The translations under genes were made by a program, and so were the position numbers. From assembly GCA_964016885.1 (NCBI GenBank), contig OZ024763.1, positions 1,240,001-1,304,000 on the forward strand: a stretch of 64,000 nucleotides of DNA, written 5' to 3'. Origin of the DNA: Eledone cirrhosa (lineage: Eukaryota). Every line of letters begins with the position of its first letter. Position 1 is the first letter of the stretch. The notes under the pieces were generated by a model. It did no database searches and was not told the DNA's origin. It saw only the letters and a list, made by a program, of their open reading frames with translations. Positions 50,846 through 64,000 of this stretch are shown one piece after another.

Positions 50846-52273
50846 TTAACCCTGTAGCATTTAAACTGGCCATATCTGACCTGAATTCTCTCACCTGTTT
50901 CTGTTCAAACCAGCTGTAACCGGCCATATCTGGCCTGAATTCTCTCACCTCTTTCTGTTCAAACCAGCTGTAAACCGGCCATATCTGGCCTGAATTCTCT
51001 CACCTCTTTCTGTTCAAACCAGCTGTAACCGGCCATATCTGGCCTGAATTCTCTCACCTCTTTCTGTTCAAACCAGCTGTAACCGGCCATATCTGGCCTG
51101 AATTCTCTCACCTCTTTCTGTTCAAACCAGCTGTAAACCGGCCATATCTGGCTTGAATTCTCTCACCTCTTTCTGTTCAAACCAGCTGTAACCGGCCATA
51201 TCTGGCCTGAATTCTCTCACCTCTTTCTGTTCAAACCAGCTGTAACCGGCCATATCTGGCCTGAATTCTCTCACCTCTTTCTGTTCAAACCAGCTGTAAC
51301 CGGCCATATCTGGCCTGAATTCTCTCACCTCTTTCTGTTCAAAACCAGCTGTAACCGGCCCATATCTGGCTTGAATTCTCTCACCTCTTTCTGTTCAAAC
51401 CAGCTGTAACGGCCATATCTGGCCTGAATTCTCTCACCTCTTTCTGTTCAAACCAGCTGTAACCGGCCATATCTGGCCTGAATTCTCTCACCTCTTTCTG
51501 TTCAAACCAGCTGTAACCGGCCATATCTGGCCTGAATTCTCTCACCTCTTTCTGTTCAAAACAGCTGTAACCGGCCATATCTGGCTTGAATTCTCTCACC
51601 TCTTTCTGTTCAAACCAGCTGTAACCGGCCATATCTGATCTGAATCCTCTCACCTCTTTCTGTTCAAACCAGTCATATCCGGCCAGAATTCTCTCACCTC
51701 TTTCTGTTCAAGCCAGCTGTAACTGGCCATATCTGGCTGAATTCTCTCACCTCTTTCTGTTCAAGCCAGCTGTAACTGGCCATATCTGGCTTCAATTCTC
51801 TCACCTCTTTCTGTTCAAGCCAGCTGTAACTGGCCATATCTGGCTTCAATTCTCTCACCTCTTTCTGTTCAAACCAGCTGTAACTGGCCATATCTGGCTT
51901 CAATTCTCTCACCTCTTTCTGTTCAAGCCAGCTGTAACTGGCCATATCTGGCTTCAATTCTCTCACCTCTTTCTGTTCAAACCAGCTGTAACTGGCCATA
52001 TCTGGCTTCAATTCTCTCACCTCTTTCTGTTCAAGCCAGCTGTAACTGGCCATATCTGGCTTCAATTCTCTCACCTCTTTCTGTTCAAACCAGCTGTAAC
52101 TGGCCATATCTGATTTGAATTATCTCCCTTGTTTCTGTTCAAACCGGCCGCTCATACTGATGTAAAGGTATCAATATCTCATAGATTCGATATTATGTGA
52201 GATAATTATGTTAAAGTGTTTACCATGAAACTACAACAGTAACTATAGAGTAATGTAAATGCTAAAGGGTTAA
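50846..52273. mobile_element. piggyBac-type MITE expanded by about 23 copies of an internal 54-bp unit
   Basis: TTAA-CCC.TAGCATTTA ... TAAATGCTAAAGGG-TTAA termini; 54-bp periodicity (18-aa repeat in ORF track). Confidence 0.88.
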
Positions 52274-52552
52274 ATACACAAACTTTCAATAAGTGTTCGA
52301 AGGTTATATAAAATCAATTTATTTTTATTAAGAAAAAAAAAGATTTTTTTAAAGGAAAAAAATCAACAAAGAAATTGAAAAAAAAAAACCCAAAGAATTA
52401 AATTTTCAATAAAAACTGTCAACAGATGAACCCCTTATTCCAGTAATATAAAACATAGGATGATGATGATGATGATAGTGTGGTGGTGGCGGTGGTGATT
52501 TGTCAACAATAAGAATAATTATCAACATAGCATTTTTATAGAAATAAGTATT

Positions 52553-52975
52553 GTTGGTTGGTAGATTGGTAGGTTGGTTTTGTAGGTAGACTGGCTGGTT
52601 GGTAGATTGGTAGGTTGGTTTGTAGGTAGACTGGCTGGTTGGTAGATTGGTAGGTTGGTTTGTAGGTAGACTGGCTGGTTGGTAGATTGGTAGGTTGGTT
52701 TGTAGGTAGACTGGCTGGTTGGTAGATTGTAGGTTGGTTTGTAGTAGACTGGCTGGTGGTAGATTGGTAGGTTGGTTTGTAGGTAGACTGGCTGGTTGGT
52801 AGATTGGTAGGTTGGTTTGTAGGTAGACTGGCTGGTTGGTAGATTGGTAGGTTGGTTTGTAGGTAGACTGGCTGGTTGGTAGATTGGTAGTTGGTTTGTA
52901 GGTAGACTGGCTGGTTGGTAGATTGGTAGGTTGGTTTGTAGGTAGACTGGCTGGTTGGTAGATTGGGTAGGTTGT
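52553..52975. repeat. 40-bp minisatellite GGTAGATTGGTAGGTTGGTTTGTAGGTAGACTGGCTGGTT
   Basis: Direct reading, about 10 units. Confidence 0.92.
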
Positions 52976-53541
52976 GTACTCTGTCTTTCCTTGGTGGAAT
53001 ATTTTTGTGTTTACTCTTCTGCAAAGGTTGTCATACTTTACATATATATATATGTATGTATTTATATATATATATATATATATATACATATACACACATA
53101 TATATGTATGTATTTATATATATATATATACACACATATATATGTATGTATTTATGTGTATATATATTTATATATATACACACACACACGTATGTATATA
53201 TATATATGTGTGTTTGAGTCTGTATATATAATATATATATAATATACACACACACACACACGTGTGTGTGTGTAAATAAGTGCATGTCTATATATATATA
53301 TATATATATATATAGTGTTTGTTAAGTCGATCATATTGACCCCCAACTACTTTGTTTTTCAAGTTTCATACTGATTTTATCAATCTCTTTTGTGTTGAAC
53401 TGCTATGTTACTATGTTACAAGACATAAATTCAGACACAGAGACGCAGCACATATACATAAGGTCATCTCTTCCCTTCGTCCTTCCCAGTACCAGTCAAC
53501 TACTGGGGTTGATATAATTGACTTTCCCCCTCACCCCATCC

Positions 53542-53741
53542 NNNNNNNNNNNNNNNNNNNNNNNNNNNNNNNNNNNNNNNNNNNNNNNNNNNNNNNNNNN
53601 NNNNNNNNNNNNNNNNNNNNNNNNNNNNNNNNNNNNNNNNNNNNNNNNNNNNNNNNNNNNNNNNNNNNNNNNNNNNNNNNNNNNNNNNNNNNNNNNNNNN
53701 NNNNNNNNNNNNNNNNNNNNNNNNNNNNNNNNNNNNNNNNN
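53542..53741. other. Assembly gap (200 N)
   Basis: Run of N; contiguity across it is not guaranteed. Confidence 0.99.
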
Positions 53742-53890
53742 TGTGTGTGTTTACTTATTTGGAGCTGTGTCGAAAACGAGTGTTTATTTACCAAGTGTTG
53801 TTTAAGTGTGAATTAAAATCTAGTAGCCAACTTGTCGCTGCGTGACGTCTTGTCGTTCGCCTCTAATCTAAGCTGTTTGTTTGATAACTA

Positions 53891-53958
53891 CTCTCTCTCT
53901 CTCTCTCTCGTCCTCTCTCTCTCGTCAGAGGGAGGGTGGTGGTGGGCCTGGTCACCAG

Positions 53959-53993
<35 letters not shown>

Positions 53994-55050
53994 AGAGGGA
54001 GGGTGGTGGTAGGCTTGGTCACCAGCTTCTCTCTCTCTCTCTCGTCAGAGGAGGGTGGTGGTGGGCTTGGTCACCAGCTTCTCTCTCTCTCTCTCGTCAG
54101 AGGGAGGGTGGTGGTAGGCTTGGTCACCAGCTTCTCTCTCTCTCTCGTCAGAGGAGGGTGGTGGTGGGCTTGGTCACCAGCTTCTCTCTCTCTCTCTCGT
54201 CAGAGGGAGGGTGGTGGTAGGCTTGGTCACCAGCTTCTCTCTCTCTCTCGTCAGAGGGAGGGTGGTGGTAGGCTTGGTCACCAGCTTCTCTCTGTCTCTC
54301 TCCAGAGGGAGGGTGGGGCTGGTCACTAGCTTCTCTCTCTCTCGTCAGAGGGAGGGTGGTGGTGGGCTTGGTCACCAGCTTCTCTCTGTCTCTCTCCAGA
54401 GGGATGGTGGGGCTGGTCACCAGCTTCTCTCTCTCTCTCTCTCCAGAGGGAGGGTGGGGCTGGTCACCAGCTTCTCTCTCTCTCTCTCTCCAGAGGGAGG
54501 GTGGGGCTGGTCACCAGCTTCTCTCTCTCTCGTCAGAGGGAGGGTGGGGCTGGTCACCAGCTTCTCTCTCTCTCGTCAGAGGGATGGTGGGGCTGGTCGC
54601 CAGCTTCTCTGTCTCTCGTCAGAGGGATGGTGAGGCTGGTGGGGCTGGTCACCAGCTAACTTCCCTTTTTTCTCTCTCTCTCGTCAGAGGAATGGTGGTG
54701 GTCACCAGCTAACTTCCCCTTTTTTACTCTCTCTGTCTCTCTTTTGTCAGGAATGGCGATGGTTCTGATGGTGGTGGGGGTGGTGGTGGTAGCCACAAGC
54801 TAACTTCTCTTCTCTCTTTCTCTTGTCAGAGGATTGCGATGATTCTGGTGGTGGTCACCAGCTAACGTCCTTTCCCTTTTTTACTCTCTCTCTCTCTCTC
54901 TCTCTTCTCAGAGGGATGGTGGTGATGGTGGTAGTCACCCGCTAACTCCCCTCTATCTCTCTTTCTCTCTCGTCAGGGGAAGGACGGTGGTGGTGGTGGT
55001 GGTGGTGGAGGTGACCAGCTAACTTTCTTCCACCCTGTTTTCTCTGTCTC
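53891..55050. repeat. Compound minisatellite (CT)n-CGTCAGAGGGAGGGTGGTGGTRGGCTTGGTCACCAGCTT, degenerating rightwards
   Basis: Direct reading. Confidence 0.9.
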
Positions 55051-55245
55051 TCAGCATTGTTCTCGCCCCACCCCATCAACGTGTCTCCTACAATTGATAC
55101 CCCCCCCCCTATATATGATATACATTACCCCCCTTCCAGTTGAGAGGGTAATGGCATCACGAGGGTAATCTCTCCACTGGCAATGAAAGATGGATATATA
55201 CATGATATGATGTATGTATGTGTATACATACATACATATATATAT

Positions 55246-55440
55246 ATAACGAAGGAAATGTGGTAAGGAACCAGGTGGACCATAACGCTCCAAAGTACTC
55301 AATACTTAGGGTAGTAGAGTGGGTAATAGAACGAGTAGGACCCCGACGGCTGAGCTCAAGCCGTTTCGACGGCTAATTCTGGACCAGAATTAGCCGTCGA
55401 AACGGCTTGAGCTCAGCCGTCGGGGTCCTACTCGTTCTAT
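55246..55440 (-). mobile_element. Fold-back element with perfect 115-bp palindrome (55326-55440) holding the 3' half of a hammerhead; relatives 6582-6822, 47291-47500, 62211-62290
   Basis: GAAA-CGGCT-TGAGCTC-AGCCG-TC-GGGGTCC with no CTGANGA half; shared tail GTATTGAGTACT..GCGTTATGG.CC.CCTGG; (TA)n flanks. Confidence 0.8.
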
Positions 55441-55899
55441 ATATATATATATATATATATATAATTGTTTCTACTTTTGGCACAAGGCCAGCACTAAACC
55501 AGTGCATTACTGGTACTTTATTTTATCGATCCCGTAAGATGAAAGGCAAAGTTTACCTCGGCGGGATTTGAACACTCAGTCCGTAAAGGGACGTAACTCT
55601 ATGCTGGAAAGCATGGCGTCCGACCCTCTACCGATACTGCCAATCCACCGACCTATATAATATATATATAATACCTCTGTTTTATACATAGATCACTCTT
55701 TTCTTCGGAAGTACTCAATATATGTAAACTAAGGAGAATTAAGAGAGAACAAGACAGCGAACGGAAACAAAAGAAACAGAACAGAACTAAAAACAATTTG
55801 AAAATAAATATAGAAACGAAGGACACAGAACTCCATGGTCATCGGCCGTTGAGTTCGACCATACTAACGCTACAGCTGGTCCATTCCGGGGTCACAGCG

Positions 55900-55937
<38 letters not shown>

Positions 55938-55987
55938 AGGTTCCCCAGCATGACCTCAATCAGTCGGCTGGGTCAGGCAAAAGAGTA

Positions 55988-56553
55988 ACACACATACATA
56001 CATACATACATACATACATACATACATACATACACACACACATACACACATACATACATACATACATACACACATACATACATACATACATACATACATA
56101 CATACATACACACACACATACACACATACATACACACACACATACATACATACATACATACATACATACATACACACACATACACACATACATACATACA
56201 TACATACATACACGGGCGAGCACCTTGCTTGGAGAATCTTACACCCCCCCTCCCCACATACACCCCCCCTCCCCACATACACCTTGGTTGGAGAATTTTA
56301 CACACACACACACACACACACGAGCGAGCACCTTGCTTGGAGAATCTTACAGCCCCCCACCCCCCCCCACACACACCCTGGTTGGAGAATTTTACACACA
56401 CACACGAGCGAGCACCTTGCTTCGAGAATCTTACACCCCCCCCCCGATACACACACACCTCGGTTGTAGAATTTTACACACACACACTCAGACACACCCT
56501 CGGGAATCTTCCGCACACAGAGACAGATACAGGCGAGCACCTTGCTTGGAGAA

Positions 56554-56610
<57 letters not shown>

Positions 56611-57152
56611 CGAGCACCTTGCTTGGCACACACACCTGGTTGGAGAATTTTACACACAGACTCGGAATCTTCCGCACACAGACAGATACGGGCGAGCACC
56701 TTGCTTGGAGAATCTTTCACACACACACACACAGTCACATACACACGTACGCGAACGAGCACCTTGGAGAATCTTTCACATACACACACACTCACACGTA
56801 CGCGAACGAGCACCTCGCTTGGAGCACACCCCCCTCCTCCTCTCTTTCACTATCAGTTAACAGCCATCCTTCTACTAATAATTCTTTTACGTAAGATGTC
56901 TTCTCCCCCCCCCCCGGACACCATCCTCCTCTCTGCCATACCACACCCCGCCTATATTTCTGCTATCATGATGTAATAGGAAACAGTCGTTTGGTCGCTT
57001 TATTAACTCCACTTGTGAGAAATTTGCTGTCACTTCTCTCTTACATAACACTTTAAATTCGGCAAATTTTTAACGATTTGTATGTGTGTATGTATGTGTA
57101 TGGCGTGTGTGTTATATCTCATTTTTCTCTAACACACACACACACACATATT

Positions 57153-57191
<39 letters not shown>

Positions 57192-57350
57192 GTATATCCA
57201 TTCATATATAAACACATACATACGTATATAAACACATATATAGATCTATGCCTATATAAACATATACAAAACACGTACATCCTTACATATATAAACACAG
57301 GCATACATAAATACATCCATATATATATATATATATATATATACCTCTAT

Positions 57351-57405
<55 letters not shown>

Positions 57406-57661
57406 GCTCTATCCATATATATAAACACAAACACACATATAAACATATATACAAACACATACACAAGACACACACACATATATATATATATACCGCTAAC
57501 CATACATATATACAAACACACACACACACATATACATCCATACATATGTAAACATAAATACCTCCAACTACACATATATAAACACACACACACACACATA
57601 CACACACACACATATATATTTGTACATCCATACATATGTAAACATAAATACCCCCAACTAC

Positions 57662-57701
<40 letters not shown>

Positions 57702-57835
57702 TTGTACATCCATACATATGTAAACATAAATACCTCCAACTACACATATAAACACACACACACACACATATATATTTGTACATCCATACATATGTAAACA
57801 TAAATACCTCCAAGTACACATTTATATATACACAT

Positions 57836-57875
<40 letters not shown>

Positions 57876-57915
57876 GTGTACATCCATACATATGTAAACA
57901 TAAATACCTCCAACT

Positions 57916-57963
<48 letters not shown>

Positions 57964-58026
57964 TTGTACATCCATACATATGTAAACATAAATACCTCCA
58001 ACTACACATATATAAACACACACACA

Positions 58027-58075
<49 letters not shown>

Positions 58076-58146
58076 ATATATATTTGTACATTCATACATA
58101 TGTAAACATAAATACCCCCAACTACACATATATAAACACACACACA

Positions 58147-58183
<37 letters not shown>

Positions 58184-58330
58184 ATATATATTTGTACATC
58201 CATACATATGTAAACATAAATACCCCCAACTACACATATATAAAAACACACACACACACACACACACATACACATATATATATTTGTACATCCATACATA
58301 TGTAAACATAAATACCTCCAACTACACATT

Positions 58331-58379
<49 letters not shown>

Positions 58380-58429
58380 TTGTACATCCATACATATGTA
58401 AACATAAATACCTCCAACTACACATATAT

Positions 58430-58469
<40 letters not shown>

Positions 58470-58566
58470 TTGTACATCCATACATATGTAAACACAAATA
58501 CCTCCAACTACACATATATAAACACACATACACACACACATACTCACATACTCTCTCACACACACA

Positions 58567-58648
<82 letters not shown>
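55988..58648. repeat. Block of (CATA)n/(CA)n microsatellites with two compound minisatellites (56210-56830 GCGAGCACCTTGCTTGGAGAAT; 57530-58520 TTGTACATCCATACATATGTAAACATAAATACCTCCAACTA)
   Basis: Direct reading. Confidence 0.88.
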
Positions 58649-58654
<6 letters not shown>

Positions 58655-58984
58655 TTCGAAGCGAGAATTCTCTCTCTATTCCACCAGTCTATTTCTATGG
58701 TTTTAACTGGAGACATCTCTGGTGTCAAAGAGAACAACAACAGTGTTGGTTGTTGTGTAGTAGTGGCGTGAACCTGTAATGGAAGAAGGGGAGGAGGAGG
58801 AGGGGGGCGAGACTGGAGAGGAAGGAAGAGAAGAAGAAGAAGAAGAAGCAGAAGAAGAAGAAGAAGAAGAAGAAGAAGAAACGGAGTGGAATGTACAGGT
58901 ACAAATATACCTCAAGGTGGATATTTTTGAAAATTTGTTCGTGTTTGTTAGATGTGGAGATGGTGACGATTGTGGTGTTTCTGA

Positions 58985-60075
58985 TGGTGGTTGTGATGAT
59001 GATGATGATGGTGATGGTGGTGGTGGTGGTGGTGGTGGTGGTGGTGGTGGTGGTTAGGATGGTTGTTGTTATGGTGGTGGTGGTGGTGTTTTGTGATGAT
59101 GGTGATGGTGGTGGTGGTGGTGGTTAGGATGGTTGTTGTTATGGTGGTGGTGGTTAGGATGGTTGTTGTTATGGTGGTGGTGGTGGTGGTGGTTAGGATG
59201 GTTGTTGTTATGGTGGTGGTGGTGGTGGTTAGGATGGTTGTTGTTATGGTGGTGGTGGTAGTAGTAGTGGTTAGGATGGTTGTTGTTATGGTGGTGGTGG
59301 TGGTTGGGATGGTTGTTGTTATGATGGTGGTGGTGGTGGTGGTTAGGATGGTTGTTGTTATGGTGGTGGTGGTGTTTTGTGGTGGTGGTGGTTGGGATGG
59401 TTGTTGTTATGGTGGTGGTGGTGTTTTGTGGTGGTGGTGGTTGGGATGGTTGTTGTTATGATGGTGGTGGTGGTGGTTAGGATGGTTGTTGTTATGGTGG
59501 TGGTGGTTAGGATGGTTGTTGTTATGGTGGTGGTGGTAGTAGTAGTGGTTAGGATGGTTGTTGTTATGGTGGTGGTGGTGGTTGGGATGGTTGTTGTTAT
59601 GGTGGTGGTGGTGGTTGGGATGGTTGTTGTTATGATGGTGGTGGTGGTGGTTAGGATGGTTGTTGTTATGGTGGTGGTGGTTAGGATGGTTGTTGTTATG
59701 GTGGTGGTGGTAGTAGTAGTGGTTAGGATGGTTGTTGTTATGGTGGTGGTGGTGGTTGGGATGGTTGTTGTTATGGTGGTGGTGGTGGTTGGGATGGTTG
59801 TTGTTATGATGGTGGTGGTGGTGGTGGTTAGGATGGTTGTTGTTATGATGGTGGTGGTGGTGGTGGTGGTTAGGATGGTTGTTGTTATGGTAGTGGTGGT
59901 GGTGGTGGTGGTAGTGTTTTGTGGTGATGGTGGTGGCCTCTGACTAAACCATCTCATATCAGTAAATATCTCTCATTTTTGAAGATTCGTTGGGTTTCCA
60001 GATGATGATGATGATGGTGGTGGTAATGATGATGATGATGATGATGATGATGATGGTGGTGGAGGTTGTGATGAT
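58985..60075. repeat. (GGT)n/(GAT)n trinucleotide-based minisatellite with TTAGGATGGTTGTTGTTATG unit
   Basis: Direct reading. Confidence 0.9.
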
Positions 60076-60351
60076 AAAGACGATGTCGATGCTGGTGATG
60101 GCCTCTCACTAAACCCCCCCCCACCCCCCCATCAGTCAATCTCTCTCAACCTCTCATTTTTTTTTCACCATAAAATTACGGATATTGGAAATTGATCGAA
60201 GATAATTTGAAAAGCAGGTGAACCGGATTATAACCTGGCGTAACATCATGTTACCTTAACTAAAACTGTTTAGACTCGTGTTGAAATGACCACAGTTAGA
60301 CTCACAGATATATATACACCACATATATACATACACTCATATATACATACA

Positions 60352-60846
<495 letters not shown>

Positions 60847-60857
60847 ATATTGAAAAG

Positions 60858-60940
60858 CTTCTACAGGGCTAGAACTGTTTCATTCGGGAGAAATCATCAG
60901 GAAGTATTGAGTACCTTATACAGGCACATATATACATACA

Positions 60941-60985
<45 letters not shown>

Positions 60986-61038
60986 GAAAAGCTTCTACAG
61001 GACTAGAACTGTTTCATTCGGGAGAAATCATCAGGAAG
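60858..61038 (-). ncRNA. Two tandem hammerhead ribozymes (60858-60904, 60992-61038); decayed copy 62410-62456
   Basis: Minus strand CTTC-CTGATGA-TTTC-TCCC-GAAT-GAAA-CAG-TTCTAGCC-CTG-TA-GAAG. Confidence 0.78.
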
Positions 61039-61088
61039 TATTGAGTACCTTACTCACTGTGGTTACCCCCGATTGAACCCGGGATGAC

Positions 61089-61125
<37 letters not shown>

Positions 61126-61224
61126 TGCATACACATACATAACTTTTCCACCTACCTTTATCTGCATTTGAAAACGACTTATTTTAAATTGATATATATA
61201 CATACATTTACACACACACACACA

Positions 61225-61299
<75 letters not shown>

Positions 61300-61467
61300 C
61301 ACACATATGCAGGTATATACATACAAACAAATATACAAACTGTGATGTGTTAAATAAATATTCTATGGAATATTCTAGTTGATATTTGCAATGTCGGTTA
61401 ACTTGGTTGTTAGATAACTTGGTTGTTTTGTCTCCCGTTCGTTGTCTTCCATAATACATATAATGTC

Positions 61468-61510
<43 letters not shown>

Positions 61511-61809
61511 AATCTTTATAAATATTGTCATTAAATCGAAACCTTGCTATTTATCCAGCTTTACCTCAGCCATCCCCCTCTCATCAATACTCTATAGATT
61601 GATTTTGAAGATATCATTCCTAGCTGTCATTTTTTGCACTTGCCGTTCTTGAGTTAGTGTGTGTGTGTGTATATATGTTTGTGTGTGCGTTTGTATGTAT
61701 ATATTTGTATATATATGTATTTGTATATATATATATATGTATGTATATATATGTGTCTATATGTATATATATATATGTATGTATATATGTGCGTGTGTAT
61801 ATATATATT

Positions 61810-61856
<47 letters not shown>

Positions 61857-62035
61857 ATGTATGTATATGTATATATATATGTGTGTATGTATATATATTT
61901 GTGTGTATGTATATATATATATGTGTGTATGTATATATATTTGTGTGTATGTATATATATATATGTGTGTGTATATATATTTGTATATATGTATGTATAC
62001 ATATGTGTGTGTGTGTGTGTATATATTTATATATA

Positions 62036-62129
62036 CAGGGTGTCCCAAATATATATTACATACCTTTGATTACCTGTACAGGCAATATTTATTAGAATGC
62101 TGTTGAAGTGTGTATACATTTTGGACACC

Positions 62130-62132
<3 letters not shown>
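62036..62132. mobile_element. Short Tc1-type MITE (relative 63274-63373)
   Basis: TA-CAGGGTGTCC ... GGACACCCTG TIRs within (TA)n. Confidence 0.6.
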
Positions 62133-62160
<28 letters not shown>

Positions 62161-62288
62161 CAGGGTGTCCAATATGTATACACACTTCAATATATATATA
62201 TTTATTCACCAGGCTAAAAATTCTAATTTAGTCCAGAAATAGCCGTCGAAACGGCTTGAGCTCTGCCGTCGGGGGTCATACTTTTTCC

Positions 62289-62321
<33 letters not shown>

Positions 62322-62649
62322 GTCCCAAGTTCAATCGTGGGGTAACTACAGTTACTAAATTACTCAATACATTAGTAGAATGTAAACAACAATTTTAATA
62401 TAGAAATGGCTTCTACAGGACTAGAACTGTTTCATTCAAAAGAAATCATGAGAAAACCACACACACACATACATATTTATATATATTGTCTGTAATTTCC
62501 CGTAACATTACACACTGGTTCCTTCAGGTGCTTTTAAAGTAAGGATTTAGGTTGATGTCTACACGAGACAAACTGCTAATATATAATAATTTCCAACCAC
62601 CCTGGCACGGAAAAGCGGGTGTATAATGAGGTTGTTATACACACACGTA

Positions 62650-62682
<33 letters not shown>

Positions 62683-62799
62683 AGATACGCTGAAGTGAAA
62701 ACCAAACAGTGAGTGTGTTTTACTATGTTTTTCTGGCAATATTAAAACTGCATGACCTTCCCCATATATAACTATATATAACTATATATAACTATATAT

Positions 62800-62980
62800 A
62801 TATTAAAATACAAATATTAATAAAATAGATGTTCTTTTCAAAAGAACATCTATTTTATTAATATTTGTATTTTAATATTAATAACTCTGGAAAAATTATT
62901 TTTCCGTAGAGTGCTTCCAAACTACTGTAAAACTCATTCTTTGATGTACTCATTGAATCTTGCTTAACTCTTTAATATAT
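62800..62980 (+). repeat. Perfect 79-bp palindrome (62800-62878) plus tail with TAGAGTGCT, TA-flanked
   Basis: 39-bp arms centred on 62839; motif at 62907-62915; no ribozyme core retained. Confidence 0.75.
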
Positions 62981-63106
62981 ATCTAAATAAATAAATACAT
63001 ACATACATGCATGGTCTGTCATGTGTCAAAATGGGACAACTCGTCTAACCCGTGCTAGCATGAGAAAAAGGACTTTAAGCGATGATTACATGTGTGTATG
63101 TGTGTT

Positions 63107-63162
<56 letters not shown>

Positions 63163-63181
63163 TATGTATATATATATATGT

Positions 63182-63225
<44 letters not shown>

Positions 63226-63474
63226 GTTAGCATAATTGATACGTGACTGGGGTTGTGTATATATATATATATACAGGGTGTCCTAAAAAAATGTAAACAC
63301 CATTCAACAGCATCCTTAATAAATACGGCATATATGGGTAATCAGTGTGTATACATTGTTTTGGGATACCCTGTATATATATATATATGTTTGTATGTAT
63401 GTTGAATGGCTTATTAATACGATTCACCACACACATATATATATATATATACACACATCACACATACATATATG

Positions 63475-63510
<36 letters not shown>

Positions 63511-63936
63511 TATATATACATATATGTATATATACACACACACACATATATATATTATACATACATACAATAGAGAGATATATAATACATAGAACAGTGG
63601 CTACGCTTGTTGCAACTGTAATGGTTTTCCTCGTCTTCTATAATGTTTATTATTCCTTGCAGGGCAGAGAAATATTTTCATTTTCAATATCTTAAGCTTA
63701 TTGCTTGGAAATACTGCTTGGGGGGAAGAGATTTAGTGGGTTGTGTAGGGGCAGGGCAAACAACAGAAATCTAGTTTGTATTTCCCCGGGGGCTGGCAAA
63801 CCAACACAAACATCCATACAGTGAAAACATTGCTAGATTTAACGATCTGTACATAGTAATTTTAGCTAAAGAAACCTTCTTTAGCTAAACATGTAACAAA
63901 CCCTTCACACATAGATGGTGTGTATGTATACACACA

Positions 63937-63980
<44 letters not shown>

Positions 63981-64000
63981 TACACCTATATATAAGTGTA

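Noticed and set aside
58650-58920. Possible minus-strand exon (poly-Leu 'signal peptide' followed by TPEMSPVKTIEIDWWNRERILASK)
   Set aside because: The poly-Leu comes from a (CTT)n microsatellite, an in-frame stop precedes it with no ATG, and no family was recognised; it cannot be excluded without RNA data
59050-59900. Recurrent TTAGG suggesting telomeric repeats
   Set aside because: Single TTAGGA/TTGGGA words embedded in (GGT)n units, not tandem TTAGGG

Overview
Repeat-dense, AT-rich animal genomic DNA. The SINE/LINE content and extreme (TA)n load suggest an octopod cephalopod (inference). Three spliced genes were reconstructed by hand with GT-AG junctions and consistent phases: the 3' part of XRN1 (+, six exons visible, stop at 17397), a complete NIF3L1 (-, five exons, 19931-25558) and a complete MAD2L2/REV7 (+, seven exons, 27967-38106, 217 aa). 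NIF3L1 and MAD2L2 are divergent. The rest is transposon-derived: a 5'-truncated but open RTE-clade LINE (42428-44770), other RTE, CR1-like and CRE-like fragments, two tRNA-SINE groups, piggyBac/hAT/Tc1-type MITEs, non-autonomous Helitrons, many minisatellites and one 200-N gap. The most striking signal is a set of about ten sequence-unrelated, short, non-coding elements inserted in (TA)n tracts. They share one architecture: a type I hammerhead ribozyme (CUGANGA...GAAA...UH), usually a fold-back inverted copy (up to a perfect 429-bp palindrome) or a direct terminal repeat, and often a tail with a TWGAGTRCT-like motif. They look like Penelope pseudo-LTR or retrozyme-like elements, and several sit sense-strand inside XRN1 and MAD2L2 introns. 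All family names are from recognition of the sequence, not from database searches.
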